DNA from: a virus
Lineage: Duplodnaviria > Caudoviricetes
Virus record (IMG/VR): IMGVR_UViG_3300039307_000389
Location: 1 to 59,809 of that record
DNA length: 59,809 nt
Strand: one strand, 5' to 3'
Shown here in pieces: positions 17,224 to 27,400 of this stretch (its first letter is position 1; every line of letters begins with the position of its first letter). The translations under genes were made by a program, and so were the position numbers. The notes below the pieces were generated by a model. The model saw only the letters and a list, made by a program, of their open reading frames with translations. It made no database searches and was not told the origin of the DNA.

Positions 17224-17633
17224 GGATTCTCCTTCGGGGCCTTCGTGGACATATCGTCCAACTCCGGGTGCAGATCCTCGTGATGCATGATGCAGCAGAG
17301 GTTCCAGACCGCCTGCGCCAGGTGATCTTCGTTCGGGTTGACATCGGCGGGCAAGCGATCCAAAGGAATGCCCTCGCGCTTGAACAATGAGATCATCTGA
17401 AAGTCATTCAGATGGCGCTGCGCTGAGTCCGCGAACCGCGATAGCGGCGAGCCCTTCTCCCAGTTCCGCGCCTGATACTTGACGGCGCCTTTCTCGTACA
17501 CCAGGGCGAGTCGGCGGAGCGCCACAGGCGTGATAAGCTCGAACCGCCCCTTTCCTTCTCTGGTGTCTCGCACCATGCCGGACCCGAAGGATTCACGCTT
17601 CCCGCTGTCCGCTACGATGAAATCTTCCTTCAA
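17220..17633 (-). CDS. dATP/dGTP diphosphohydrolase (DUF5664) family protein
   Basis: GKGRFELI...YEKGAVKYQARNWEKG...RHL...DHLAQAVWN; TTG start with GGAGG RBS overlapping the upstream stop. Confidence 0.85.
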   Translation of the reverse strand: MKEDFIVADSGKRESFGSGMVRDTREGKGRFELITPVALRRLALVYEKGAVKYQARNWEKGSPLSRFADSAQRHLNDFQMISLFKREGIPLDRLPADVNPNEDHLAQAVWNLCCIMHHEDLHPELDDMSTKAPKENP

Positions 17634-17902
17634 GGCTTCCTCCGTTTCCGTGCGACCGGGAAGGCCTTCTCGACCGCCATGTCCCGCCGCTCGATGATTG
17701 ATACCTTCGGAATATTCAGCCGCCATCTTCCAGGCCGCGTGTCATCCGCCTGATGCTCCATGCCGATCAAGACCGCTTCATCGTTCTCGGCGAGCAGGAA
17801 TCCCACCTCGCAGAGTTCCGACAGCTCGGGTACGGCGGGCCGCAGGGCATCCACGGCCTCCACCGAACACGCATCACGCCAGCGCACGAACGTGAGCGTC
17901 AT
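17630..17902 (-). CDS. Hypothetical protein
   Basis: VRWRDA...EVGFLLAEN...NIPKVSII; TGATG coupling to the upstream gene. Confidence 0.7.
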   Translation of the reverse strand: MTLTFVRWRDACSVEAVDALRPAVPELSELCEVGFLLAENDEAVLIGMEHQADDTRPGRWRLNIPKVSIIERRDMAVEKAFPVARKRRKP

Positions 17903-19041
17903 CAGAACCTCCGCGCCTTTCCCGCGTAGAATCCGCGGTCGTAGAACGGCAGCCACTCCACCTTGAATCGGTTGACCGTTCCATCCGGAGCCTGATTGAA
18001 CTCCATAATGGAGCCGCCCACGTGCGCCTGGATTTTGTTCTTGCGCATGAAGATAGACTGATCGCACGTGCATCCGGTCTGCACCGTGAAGACTTCGCGG
18101 TAGTAATTGAAGTCGAACTTGTGGTAGTGCCCGGCCGCGATGATGCACGGCTTCTCGCCCCCCTGGAAGCTCTCGACCATCTTCTGCATCGAGTAGCTGA
18201 GTGCGTAAGCCGAACCCCCGCCGGGGTGCATCACGCGCATGATTCGCGATCCGCCCTCCGCCTTCAGTTCGATATCCGCCTCAACGTAGCCGAGGTAAAC
18301 CAGATCCTCCCGGCCGGCGGCGCGCGCCCGAAGTTCGGCGTACTTCCCGATCTCGACTTGCTCGCGCTGCTGATACCAGCCCTCGTGATCGTCACCGGCC
18401 ACGTAGCGGGTAACGATGCCCTTGCGCTGGGGGTAGTTCTTGATCCAGTAGTCGAGTTGCCGGTCCATCCCGTAGACGTTGATGTCGTACTTGTTGAACC
18501 GCGCTTCCCCCTCGATCCAGTTCCCGGCGTTGTAGACCTCGGTGATGCCCTCCGCCTCGTAGAGATCGTAAAGGGCGTGAAGCACGTCCAAGCGCTCGTG
18601 CTTGCTGCCGAGGTGGTTGTCCGAGGTCACACCGAAGCGCCTCAGCCTGGACCGATATTCCGAGATGTCGTGAACGATCCTGACCGCGTTCCCCGGCTTC
18701 ACGTCTCCGCTGATATCGCATACGCCATCGGTTCGGACGCTCACGTTATGCCCGGCATCCCGAAGCGCCTCGATGGCATCCTGGATAGCCCGCTCGCTCT
18801 TGTTGAGCGCTTCGGAAATCATGCGAACCGTGGCGCGCCCCCGCGACTTCTTCAACGCCGCCAGCAGTTCCTCACCGAGGTTTTCATCCGCGATTTCCAC
18901 CGGGGCCGGCTGTCTTCGCTTGGCCTCCAGCTTCCGGCCGCACTCAAACGAGCACGTTTCGTTACGGGCCGGGTAGGTCTTCTCTTTCTTACAACCGGGA
19001 CACTTCCGCGTCTCCAGTCGGTGCTGACTGCTGTGCGCCAT
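17902..19041 (-). CDS. HTH plus calcineurin-like metallophosphoesterase
   Basis: SDNHLG, AGNWIEG, AGDDHE, MHPG, GHYH; N-terminal CxxC and wHTH. Confidence 0.85.
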   Translation of the reverse strand: MAHSSQHRLETRKCPGCKKEKTYPARNETCSFECGRKLEAKRRQPAPVEIADENLGEELLAALKKSRGRATVRMISEALNKSERAIQDAIEALRDAGHNVSVRTDGVCDISGDVKPGNAVRIVHDISEYRSRLRRFGVTSDNHLGSKHERLDVLHALYDLYEAEGITEVYNAGNWIEGEARFNKYDINVYGMDRQLDYWIKNYPQRKGIVTRYVAGDDHEGWYQQREQVEIGKYAELRARAAGREDLVYLGYVEADIELKAEGGSRIMRVMHPGGGSAYALSYSMQKMVESFQGGEKPCIIAAGHYHKFDFNYYREVFTVQTGCTCDQSIFMRKNKIQAHVGGSIMEFNQAPDGTVNRFKVEWLPFYDRGFYAGKARRF

Positions 19042-19371
19042 TTATCCCATCCCCTCTACCGATTGTTCGATCTTGATGAGGCGGTCTTCCGTCGCCGTGT
19101 GTACCGCCCGGCATACGTCCTTCTTGACGTAGGCTCCGTTCACGCGCACGAAGAATGCGTTGGCGCCTTCCGCGATGGACGCGCGCACTTCCGCGCGCAG
19201 TGTTGCCATGTCGGAACGGAAGAGCGCCACGTCCCCCCTTACTTCGGTTCGCAGGGTTTCATTCTCAGCGCGGAGCGTGGAGACTTCTCCCTTGAGGCCC
19301 CATGCGATAAGCCCCGCGATCCCGCTGGCCAGGATGGAAATCCCGGCTGCTACCAACGGTGCGATGTCCAT
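19042..19371 (-). CDS. Membrane-anchored coiled-coil protein (lysis module)
   Basis: N-terminal TM segment followed by heptad repeats. Confidence 0.65.
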   Translation of the reverse strand: MDIAPLVAAGISILASGIAGLIAWGLKGEVSTLRAENETLRTEVRGDVALFRSDMATLRAEVRASIAEGANAFFVRVNGAYVKKDVCRAVHTATEDRLIKIEQSVEGMG

Positions 19372-19462
19372 ATTTGTCCTGAAGTCTGATACGGTGAGTT
19401 TCGGGCGGCGCCCGCGTATCAGTGAGTGATGCGCGGAGGGGCGTTTCAGCGCCCCTGCCGCC

Positions 19463-19945
19463 CTACGTCGCTTCTACTGCCAACTCGGCTGCGTCGAGCG
19501 GCCCCGTTGGGTCCATCAGATCCGCGCGCCGCATGAACGGTGTCCGGGTCCTGTCCGTGAGGGGGCCGCCGGACTCGCCGGCCGTCAATCCATGGAACAT
19601 CTCGAAGTGGAGCATCGACTGGGCTACCGACTTCATCTTGCCGACATACGCGATCACCTGGCCGGCCTTTACCGGAGATCCCACTTTGATCCCTTCGGCC
19701 GCACGCGATATTTCGCCGTAGCGGACGATGCCACTGAGGTGTTGCACCTCCAGGGCGTACACAACGTCATAAAAAAGGTACGGCCCGCGAATGACGGTGC
19801 CATCCTCCACCGCGAGAACTTCCGTCTCAGCCGGCGCGTACAGATCGCATCCGGCGTGCTTGCGGGTGTCGCCCCGCGGAGAACCGAACGAGCGGGGCCG
19901 CTCGTGGTAGCTCGCGGCGGGACGTTTCCGAAGAGGGAAGAGCAT
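19463..19945 (-). CDS. M23-family peptidase, putative endolysin
   Basis: RKHAGCDLY (HxxxD), VKAGQVIAYVG, MLHFEM. Confidence 0.85.
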   Translation of the reverse strand: MLFPLRKRPAASYHERPRSFGSPRGDTRKHAGCDLYAPAETEVLAVEDGTVIRGPYLFYDVVYALEVQHLSGIVRYGEISRAAEGIKVGSPVKAGQVIAYVGKMKSVAQSMLHFEMFHGLTAGESGGPLTDRTRTPFMRRADLMDPTGPLDAAELAVEAT

Positions 19946-19948
19946 GGG

Positions 19949-20122
19949 CTATTCCTTCGGCGCGGGCGAGCCGCGATACATCAGATAGCCCACCACCGCG
20001 AGCAGCAGAGCCACGCCGATCTTGACGCACTCTCCGTGCGGAACGCTTTCCCATCGAACCTGATTGAGCAGCATCAGTCCGGCGGCCCCGCCGGCGATGC
20101 TTGTAGTAACGTCTTTATTCAT
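19949..20122 (-). CDS. Putative holin (57 aa, two TM segments)
   Basis: Read by hand: MNKDVTTSIAGGAAGLMLL...IGVALLLAVVGYLMYR; directly upstream of the endolysin. Confidence 0.6.
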   Translation of the reverse strand: MNKDVTTSIAGGAAGLMLLNQVRWESVPHGECVKIGVALLLAVVGYLMYRGSPAPKE

Positions 20123-20169
20123 GGTTGCCTCGCGGGGCGGGAGTTCCCGCCCCTCTCGTTGCGGCTTGA

Positions 20170-20526
20170 CTAGGCCGCCTTCGTGGTAGGGACCGGAGCC
20201 ACCGCCGCCTTCACCGACGGAAGAACCGCCTTGATGTCCGCGACCAGCGCCGCATCGAGCGTTACACTCAGCCCGCCGGCATTGGCCGCCGTCCCCGCGT
20301 CTTCGATCACCTTGATAACGGTCCCCAGAACGGCGAACGCCGCCCGCTCCACGTTGACCGCGTTCGGGTCCACCAGCCCGGTAATCGCCTCGACGGTCGA
20401 TTCATCGGCCGCCGCTTTCTTCAGGATCGGCAGAACGCTGGTGGTAACGAACTTCGCCGCGGCAACGATATCCTGTGCCGCTTTCGCGAAGGCGTGCTCC
20501 GCCGTCGTAATCAGATTCAAACTCAT
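20170..20526 (-). CDS. Ala-rich hypothetical protein
   Basis: 118 aa ORF followed by a GGGGCGGGA/TCCCGCCCC hairpin at about 20134-20154. Confidence 0.7.
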   Translation of the reverse strand: MSLNLITTAEHAFAKAAQDIVAAAKFVTTSVLPILKKAAADESTVEAITGLVDPNAVNVERAAFAVLGTVIKVIEDAGTAANAGGLSVTLDAALVADIKAVLPSVKAAVAPVPTTKAA

Positions 20527-20569
20527 ATCGTTTTTGCTCTTTCTGCCTGGAAGCGCCAGGCGCGGTTAC

Positions 20570-21358
20570 TTACTTCCCAACTTTCCCGGTGACGGCGAGC
20601 GTGGTCGCTATACTCACTCCGAGCTGAGCGACCGGAGGCGCGACCGCCAACCCGATCCTTGCCCACGTCGGCAGAGGCTTTGTAGCCTTCGCGAAGTTTG
20701 CCATCACCTGAGCCGTACTCTCGGACGCCCGCGCGCTCCCATCGGAGGCTCGCTTCACGTCCGCGATCACGCTCGGAATCGCCCCCCGGAAGTCGTGTGT
20801 CGTCGCCGATACGTCAACCGCCGCGTTCTCGAAGGCCCTTGACATTCCCTGGAACCGATTGAAGACGCAATCCGGGTTTCCGCCTATCGGAGTGCCGTCC
20901 GCATCGACGTAGGCGCAATCCGTGAACTGCGGTAGCGCGTCATCGACGTGCGCCGTGATGCTATTCACATGCCCGGCAGCCGCCGCCGCGCTTGTCAGCA
21001 CGGGTTGAAGGTCCGCCCGCAGTTGATCTACCGTCCCGAGCGCCGCATCCACGCGCGTCAGGGAATCGCCCACGCGCCGGTCAACCGCCGCCCGCGTCTG
21101 ATCCACCTGTGCGAACACGTTGGACTGAAGCGCCGTCAGTTGGCTCGAAGCATCCTTCCGAGCCGCATCCACCTGTCCCATGAGGTCCCGGCGCGTTGCC
21201 TGAACTTCCTGAATGAGCGCCGATTGCGCGGCCTGTACCTGTCCCGGTACGGCGGAAATGACGGCCGTCGCCGCGCGGATACAGAGCATTCCGTACACTA
21301 CCGACGCGATCAGCACCGCCAGGAGTGCGCAGACAAGGATATTGCGTAGGTGTTTCAT
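20570..21358 (-). CDS. Membrane-anchored helical protein (spanin- or MlaD-like architecture)
   Basis: N-terminal TM, long Ala/Gln helical region, hydrophobic C-terminus. Confidence 0.65.
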   Translation of the reverse strand: MKHLRNILVCALLAVLIASVVYGMLCIRAATAVISAVPGQVQAAQSALIQEVQATRRDLMGQVDAARKDASSQLTALQSNVFAQVDQTRAAVDRRVGDSLTRVDAALGTVDQLRADLQPVLTSAAAAAGHVNSITAHVDDALPQFTDCAYVDADGTPIGGNPDCVFNRFQGMSRAFENAAVDVSATTHDFRGAIPSVIADVKRASDGSARASESTAQVMANFAKATKPLPTWARIGLAVAPPVAQLGVSIATTLAVTGKVGK

Positions 21359-21373
21359 TGCGTTTTCTTTTCC

Positions 21374-24300
21374 TTAGTAGATGAAGGATCTGTCGTCGGT
21401 TACCGGCAACGGAACCGGCCATCCGAACAGACAAAGGTGGTCATACGCCCAGAGCTTTATCAGGGGCAATCCGAGCCGGTTGGCGTTCACGAACTCGCGG
21501 AGCCAGGGCCACGTTCCGTAGTACAACCCCATGAGGTAGCGGCAATGGGACTTATCCCACGTCAGTTCCGACCAAGGATACTTCGCGCAGCGGAGCGCCT
21601 GATCCAGGTTGTGATTGATCCCCGGATATTGGTATCCCTCGATCAGAAACGTATCGAAGCCCGATCCCGAGCGGGCCGTCCATTGCGACGGCAGGTTGAT
21701 GTACCGCAGCAATTGAGCCGTGTCCGGGTCGTTAACGTCCATCGGCCAGAGCACCTCGAATACCGCCGAGGGAAACTGTGACAGCACGTAAGCCTGAATC
21801 GCCGCCACGTAGTTATAGAGCCGAGTCCGCAGGAAGTCCGCGTCCGCCTGGTGCGCTATTGGATCATCGTTCGGCGTCATGAACGTGTACAACGTCGGCC
21901 GCGCCGCCAATGTGTCCGCGTCCCGAAAGGCCATACCCGAAGAGTTGGCCTGAAACCACCAGCCGACCTCTCCGAATTGCAGTCTGGGAGTAAGGCCCGC
22001 CGCGGCCATCAGCGCCGCAACCCCGGCGTAAGCCTGACCCATATAGGTCTGTGGACCCGCGCTGAATGCCACCTGAGAGCTGTTGAGCGAACTGAACCCT
22101 GTCGCGGTCTGAACCGGAGTTCCATCGGGAAACCGCTGAACCCACACGGCGCCGCCGCCCGGATTGTCAGGAGGCAGCACTAACTCTTGAGAGAAGGACG
22201 AAACCGCGCTCATTCCGTTCGCGTGTAGCAATCCAAAGAAGTCTGCGTTCCAGTCGCGAAACGCGCGGTTGAGCACGGGCGTTTGCGTCGGGTCGATGTT
22301 CCAAGTAACCCCGTAGGAACCGCCCTGCATGTCACCCGCTACCGTCGCCGCGCCGCTTCCGGTGTTCGATCCGGGAAGCGCGGTGTACACATGAAACTGC
22401 CACACCGAACCCCAGGAGTGAGACTTGATCGTGAGTACCGGGCCGGAGGCCGAAGCCCACACGCCATCGAAAATCGCGTTGATGAAGTTGGCGAAGTGCT
22501 GGGCGATGGAGGTATTGCTATCCTGCCCCGCGAACACCGTCTTTCCGACTGCCGACGCGCCGATATGGAGCCAGCACACGTCGTTGTTGTTCCACGTCCC
22601 GGAGAACGTCACCGTGCATTGCGGGTAGGATGCATTCGAGGCGACAGACTGCTTCCACCAGAACACCCCGCAGTAATGATCGATCTCCCCGAGCAGCCCG
22701 AGCTTCTGAATGTTCCAGAGCAACCTCTCGGGTGACAGCTTGTATGTGTTATCGGTATCGTAGTCCGTCGCGACCCCTACGGCCGTCGTCGTGGCGGCCG
22801 GACTCGGAACCTCGGACTTGACCGCGCACTCCAAGAAATCGAAGTAGAAATACCAGCCCGCGCTCGAAGCGTTCTTACTCCCCGAGAGAGTAATCACAAC
22901 CGTGTGTTGCCCTGGCGCAACGCCCGAGAACAGCAAGCGCCGCGTCTGTGACGTGCTGGCCTGCGGATAGTAGGCGTCAAGCGTTACCGGGGAACCGCCG
23001 TCCAGCGTGGCTGTAACGATTCCGCAGTTGGTGTCGAGCCGCGTCCCGACATAGATATCATGCGTGGATTGGCAGTGCGTCTGAATAGTGACGCTCGCGC
23101 CGGCCGATGCCGCCCGGATCGCTTGCCCCATACTCCAGAAGGCGAAAGCCCCGTTCACTGGATCGTTTCCCGGAGCCGGCTCCCAATACCCGGAGGTTGT
23201 CACCCAGGTGCTATCCTCCTCGATGCGAACCGATCCGGGCCCGGCCACTTTCAGCGCGCGTGCGCTCGCGGGGCTGCTGGTAACTGCCCAATTCGTGACG
23301 GTGAGTTGCCACTCCGTAGGCGCATACACCAGGCCCGCCGGAAGGGCCGGCGCAATGGTCCACCAGACCTTATCGACATTGCTCCAGCCGAGCGCCCCGA
23401 AGTCGATGCGCACGTGCCAGGACACGTTATCCGAAGAGCCGCCCGCCAGTTTCCAGTTGGACGCCGTGAAATGCAGACGCGCCCCGCCGTTGTTGTCTGT
23501 CTGATAGAAGGCGACAGAGTTCCCATCCGCGCCGGGCGCGGCGGTGACCACGAGATTATTGCCGGATACTGAAGCGCTCAGGGAAACTGGCCCATTTGCT
23601 CCCCAGTTAACGCCGTTGATCTGCCCCGCGATGCTATTTAGAATCGTCGCGGCGCTTGTTCCGCCCGTCAGCGAGTCTGCTCCCGAACCGTCCGAACTGG
23701 ACACAGAGATCGGCCCGGCTATTCCGGCCTTCAGGGTTATGAAGATTTCGTTTCCGTATGTCCCGCCCGTGCTCGCCGTGCAATTCGGATCTGAGGCGTT
23801 AATCTGCCCCGCGATATCGTTCGCGATATCCCCGCTCCCGAGCGCCGCCTCGATGCAAGAATACGTGGCCGATCCGATGGTGACCGAATGGACGTAGGCC
23901 GCGTTACCCTGCCACCACATCGCCTGATCCGTGGTGGTATGCCCTGCGCTGATCGCCGGGCTAGAGAAGGATAGGTTCTGATACCAGAGCGTCACCTTAT
24001 CGGTAGTGGTTGGACTGCTCAGGTTCAGAGCGTAAGTGGCCGATGCTCCCGTGCGCCCGGTCGTGTTGCACGTCACCGTGATACCGGAAGTTCCGAACCA
24101 CTTTGCGTCGTGGTAGTCGAGCCCGGCGATGCGATACGCGAGGACGTTCCAATCCGTCCACGCGCTCTTGATGGACTCCCAGGACTGAATACCCTGCCAG
24201 GTGACATCGAAATCAAGCACAAGCCCAGAGAGGTCCCCGTCCGGCAGGTAGGAGAACGACGGATGGCCGAATGGATCGTCTTTTTGAAACAGAACCAGCA

Positions 24301-24445
24301 CGGCAAAATCAGCCATATCGCGGAACACCCCGGACACCGTAAATCCGGTGTCCGAGGCTCCCCACAATGCCGCCGCAGCTCCGTAGTCATCGAAGCCTTG
24401 CAGGTGCATCGTGCGATGCGGCTGAAGTTTGTAGATTGGTTCCAT
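21374..24445 (-). CDS. Large tail-associated protein with beta-sandwich domains and a C-terminal TIM-barrel-like domain
   Basis: 1023 aa; follows the tail tip gene; LQFGEVGWWF recalls the non-contractile tail sheath family. Confidence 0.65.
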   Translation of the reverse strand: MEPIYKLQPHRTMHLQGFDDYGAAAALWGASDTGFTVSGVFRDMADFAVLVLFQKDDPFGHPSFSYLPDGDLSGLVLDFDVTWQGIQSWESIKSAWTDWNVLAYRIAGLDYHDAKWFGTSGITVTCNTTGRTGASATYALNLSSPTTTDKVTLWYQNLSFSSPAISAGHTTTDQAMWWQGNAAYVHSVTIGSATYSCIEAALGSGDIANDIAGQINASDPNCTASTGGTYGNEIFITLKAGIAGPISVSSSDGSGADSLTGGTSAATILNSIAGQINGVNWGANGPVSLSASVSGNNLVVTAAPGADGNSVAFYQTDNNGGARLHFTASNWKLAGGSSDNVSWHVRIDFGALGWSNVDKVWWTIAPALPAGLVYAPTEWQLTVTNWAVTSSPASARALKVAGPGSVRIEEDSTWVTTSGYWEPAPGNDPVNGAFAFWSMGQAIRAASAGASVTIQTHCQSTHDIYVGTRLDTNCGIVTATLDGGSPVTLDAYYPQASTSQTRRLLFSGVAPGQHTVVITLSGSKNASSAGWYFYFDFLECAVKSEVPSPAATTTAVGVATDYDTDNTYKLSPERLLWNIQKLGLLGEIDHYCGVFWWKQSVASNASYPQCTVTFSGTWNNNDVCWLHIGASAVGKTVFAGQDSNTSIAQHFANFINAIFDGVWASASGPVLTIKSHSWGSVWQFHVYTALPGSNTGSGAATVAGDMQGGSYGVTWNIDPTQTPVLNRAFRDWNADFFGLLHANGMSAVSSFSQELVLPPDNPGGGAVWVQRFPDGTPVQTATGFSSLNSSQVAFSAGPQTYMGQAYAGVAALMAAAGLTPRLQFGEVGWWFQANSSGMAFRDADTLAARPTLYTFMTPNDDPIAHQADADFLRTRLYNYVAAIQAYVLSQFPSAVFEVLWPMDVNDPDTAQLLRYINLPSQWTARSGSGFDTFLIEGYQYPGINHNLDQALRCAKYPWSELTWDKSHCRYLMGLYYGTWPWLREFVNANRLGLPLIKLWAYDHLCLFGWPVPLPVTDDRSFIY

Positions 24446-27400
24446 TTAGGAGTAGATGAAGATCGACAGGTTTGAACCGGGGAACGTCGTCCCTACCCCA
24501 GTGATCCCAACCGACACGGCGGTATTGGCTGGAATCTGCGTTAGTGCGCTGATTTGATCCGGAGTCGCCACAACCGACGTATGCCCGGCCGGTATGGTCA
24601 AGGTCAACCACGCCACTCCGCCAACGTAGATTGTGAAAGTGACCCCCGCTCCGGTAGGCGCCGCGGTGACGTAGCCCTTCACGTCTCCCACCGTCACCGG
24701 GCCATTCAGGTACAGCGGTTGCGCCGCATTGGACTCGATGCCCAACGTCCCCTGAAGCTGGAACACCAGCCCGGCCACCTTGGAGAGCCCGTCGGCTCCG
24801 AAGATCCAATCCTCTCGGATCGGAGCGTCTCCATCCGGCGACTCGTTGCCGTTCAGGTCGATAGTGAACCCCGCGATCACGAGCGCTTCATCCACGAAGT
24901 TATTCGTGGGCATGTTGATGGTCATGACAGCCAATGGATTCCCGTTGTCAAGCGAGGTCGTGTCAACGGAGTACGGCCATGTCGGCTCCTCGATGATCCA
25001 CACGTCGCCGGGGTTGATTACCATCGGCAGATCCCACGTCACGGCAGTAGCCGTGTTCGACGTGATCTTTCGAGGAGGAATCCCGCGCGATGCGCCCTTA
25101 ATCACTCGAATAAGGTTGCCCACCTCCGCCCCCGGAGTCATGCCGTTGGGGTATACGTTGTTCTTGCATCCCGTGTCGGTAACCGAAGTCGGGTTAGCCG
25201 AATTGGACGCATCGGCGAGGAATCGAACGCAGTAGCAGTCTCCCGCCTCAACGATCCCGTTCGGATCGGGAGTGACCGTAACAGCCCCGGTACTCTGGTT
25301 CCAAGCCGTGATCGTCCCACTGAAATATGGGGTAGCGCCCTCCGGCCTTCCGATAATCGAGATGACGCGACCTACCGGCGTCCAGCCTGGATTCGTGGAC
25401 GGCGGAGGCGCTGCGAAGTACCCGCTCACCAGCGTATTCGCGGAAACGCTTTCGACTGTCCCGCCGATTACGCCCCCGTGGATTTCATGCTTGGCTTTCA
25501 GCCGAATCTTACTGACATACGGGGATGGAAGCGCCCAGGTGGACCGCACAATCGGACCACCGAAAGTGATCGATCCGGGGGTGTAGGTGTTGTTTGCCCC
25601 GGCCGTCAGAACTCCCGTCGCCTGCGCGCACACGAGGTCATCCTGAGTAGAGACGAACAGAACGTAGGATGCAAGCCCCGCGACCGCCGGCCAGGTGATG
25701 TTGTTCAGGGTGAAGGTGTCCGTCCCTGAACCCGATGTGCCGATGATGGCGATGCTCGACGGCGCCGAGGGAACCCCGTGCGAATCGATGGCGCACAGCG
25801 CTACCCGCAACGTCGCGTTCGCCGGCAGCGATCCGCCCGTAGCGGATTGCGAGATAGACCCGATCTTCGGGCCGCCCGCGCCCGTCGCGCTGAACTCATT
25901 GACGGGCAGCTTCCCGGTGGCCAGCAGGTTCGCCAGCATGGAGCCGTCCGCCATCTGCGCGTAGGACTGATTTGTATCGAAGGTCCACTCCCCTGGAAAC
26001 AGGGCATCGTTCGCCGCGGCCTGGATCTGGTACGGAGCCCACGCGGGCGAAAGAGGAATCTGATAGAACAGCGTAGGCATTGGCGCGGGGATTACATCCA
26101 CGGGCTTCGGGCCGACATCGAGGTCGTACATCGATGCCGTGACCGTCTGCGCCTGGACCTCCACGGACCAATCCTTTTTCAGCGTCCACTTCAGAATCCG
26201 AAAACAGCCGGTGATAATCTGAAACGAAAGCCCGGTCCCCGCCGGCGGGGCCGGAGAGGTCGTGATTGTCGAGCCGTCGCTTGCTACCGCGGTAATGGTT
26301 ACCTGAGTGCCGTTTATCAGGATCGCTTTGTTGATGAGTTCAGTGTCTCCCTGAGCGGTTCCAGCATAGGTCCAGGCGTCTCCACTGACCCTTGTAGCCG
26401 TGTTTCCCGACACGTTGCACGTTCCACGCGGGCCGGGCACCTCGGGGTGAGTCAAGGAAACGACCTGGCCGACCTCATTCGACAGGCCGAGTAGCGTGGT
26501 ATTCCATGCAGCCGCGCGAGCATTCCGCCATTCCATCGGCGTAACGCCGCCCACCTCCTCGCGGGTTCTTGTGGCCGCCCACCGCAGGCCTTGGCTAAGC
26601 GAGGAACAGCCAACCAAATGGAACTGGGATGTGAGCGGAGATCCGGCGCGCCCATAATAGGCGGCGTGGCTCTTGTCACAGTACTCCGCCGTGTTCGCCT
26701 GATATTGATAGGCAACGTCGGCGTAGGATACCACCGCATGTTCAAAGGCCGACTCGATGGGGGTGAGGCGGAGGCTTTGGAACAGGATGTTCCCGGTCGT
26801 GTAGGAGTCCACTGCGCTGGCGTTGATGCGGCAGCCGAGCTTCAATTTGCCGAACTCCCAGGCGTAGAAGCCCAGGCCGCAGTTGAGTACCTCGGTCAAC
26901 CAATCACGGAAAGGCTTCTGGCTCGCGATGCATCCCTGAAACTGGAACTGCGTTTCGGTCAGCGTCGAGGTCGTAGCCGTCACATACCCCGAACTTACGG
27001 CATCGCCGATGGATAGAAGGTTAAGGTTCCCATCCCCGTCGTAATACTGGAATGAGTAGCTTCCATCGGGATTGTAGTTGACTTGCGCGCCAGAGAGAGC
27101 CGATCCGGACGTGGTTAGCGAATACGAGGTGACGGTGGTTCCCCCAAGCACCGGAGGGACTTGCGCGGCGGCGATTTCCGCCGTCCCGCTCCCATCGCCC
27201 ACTACGAGGGACGATAAGACAAAGGCGGCGAGTTGTTGCGCCGAGGTCGGCCCCGTGCCCGTGGACGGATCGCCATACAATCCGAGCGCCCGGAGGAGCA
27301 TGTTCACGGAAACCCAGAAGGGGTTAATGAGGCCCTTGACGGCCGTCCGGTTGCCGCTCTGATCCCAAGTCCAGCCCCATAGCCCAAAGTCCACCGGGAC

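Noticed and set aside
17220-17633. Z-genome (2-aminoadenine) pathway suggested by DUF5664
   Set aside because: No PurZ-like synthetase or phage polymerase found; 49944-50414 looks like a PD-(D/E)XK nuclease, not a synthetase.
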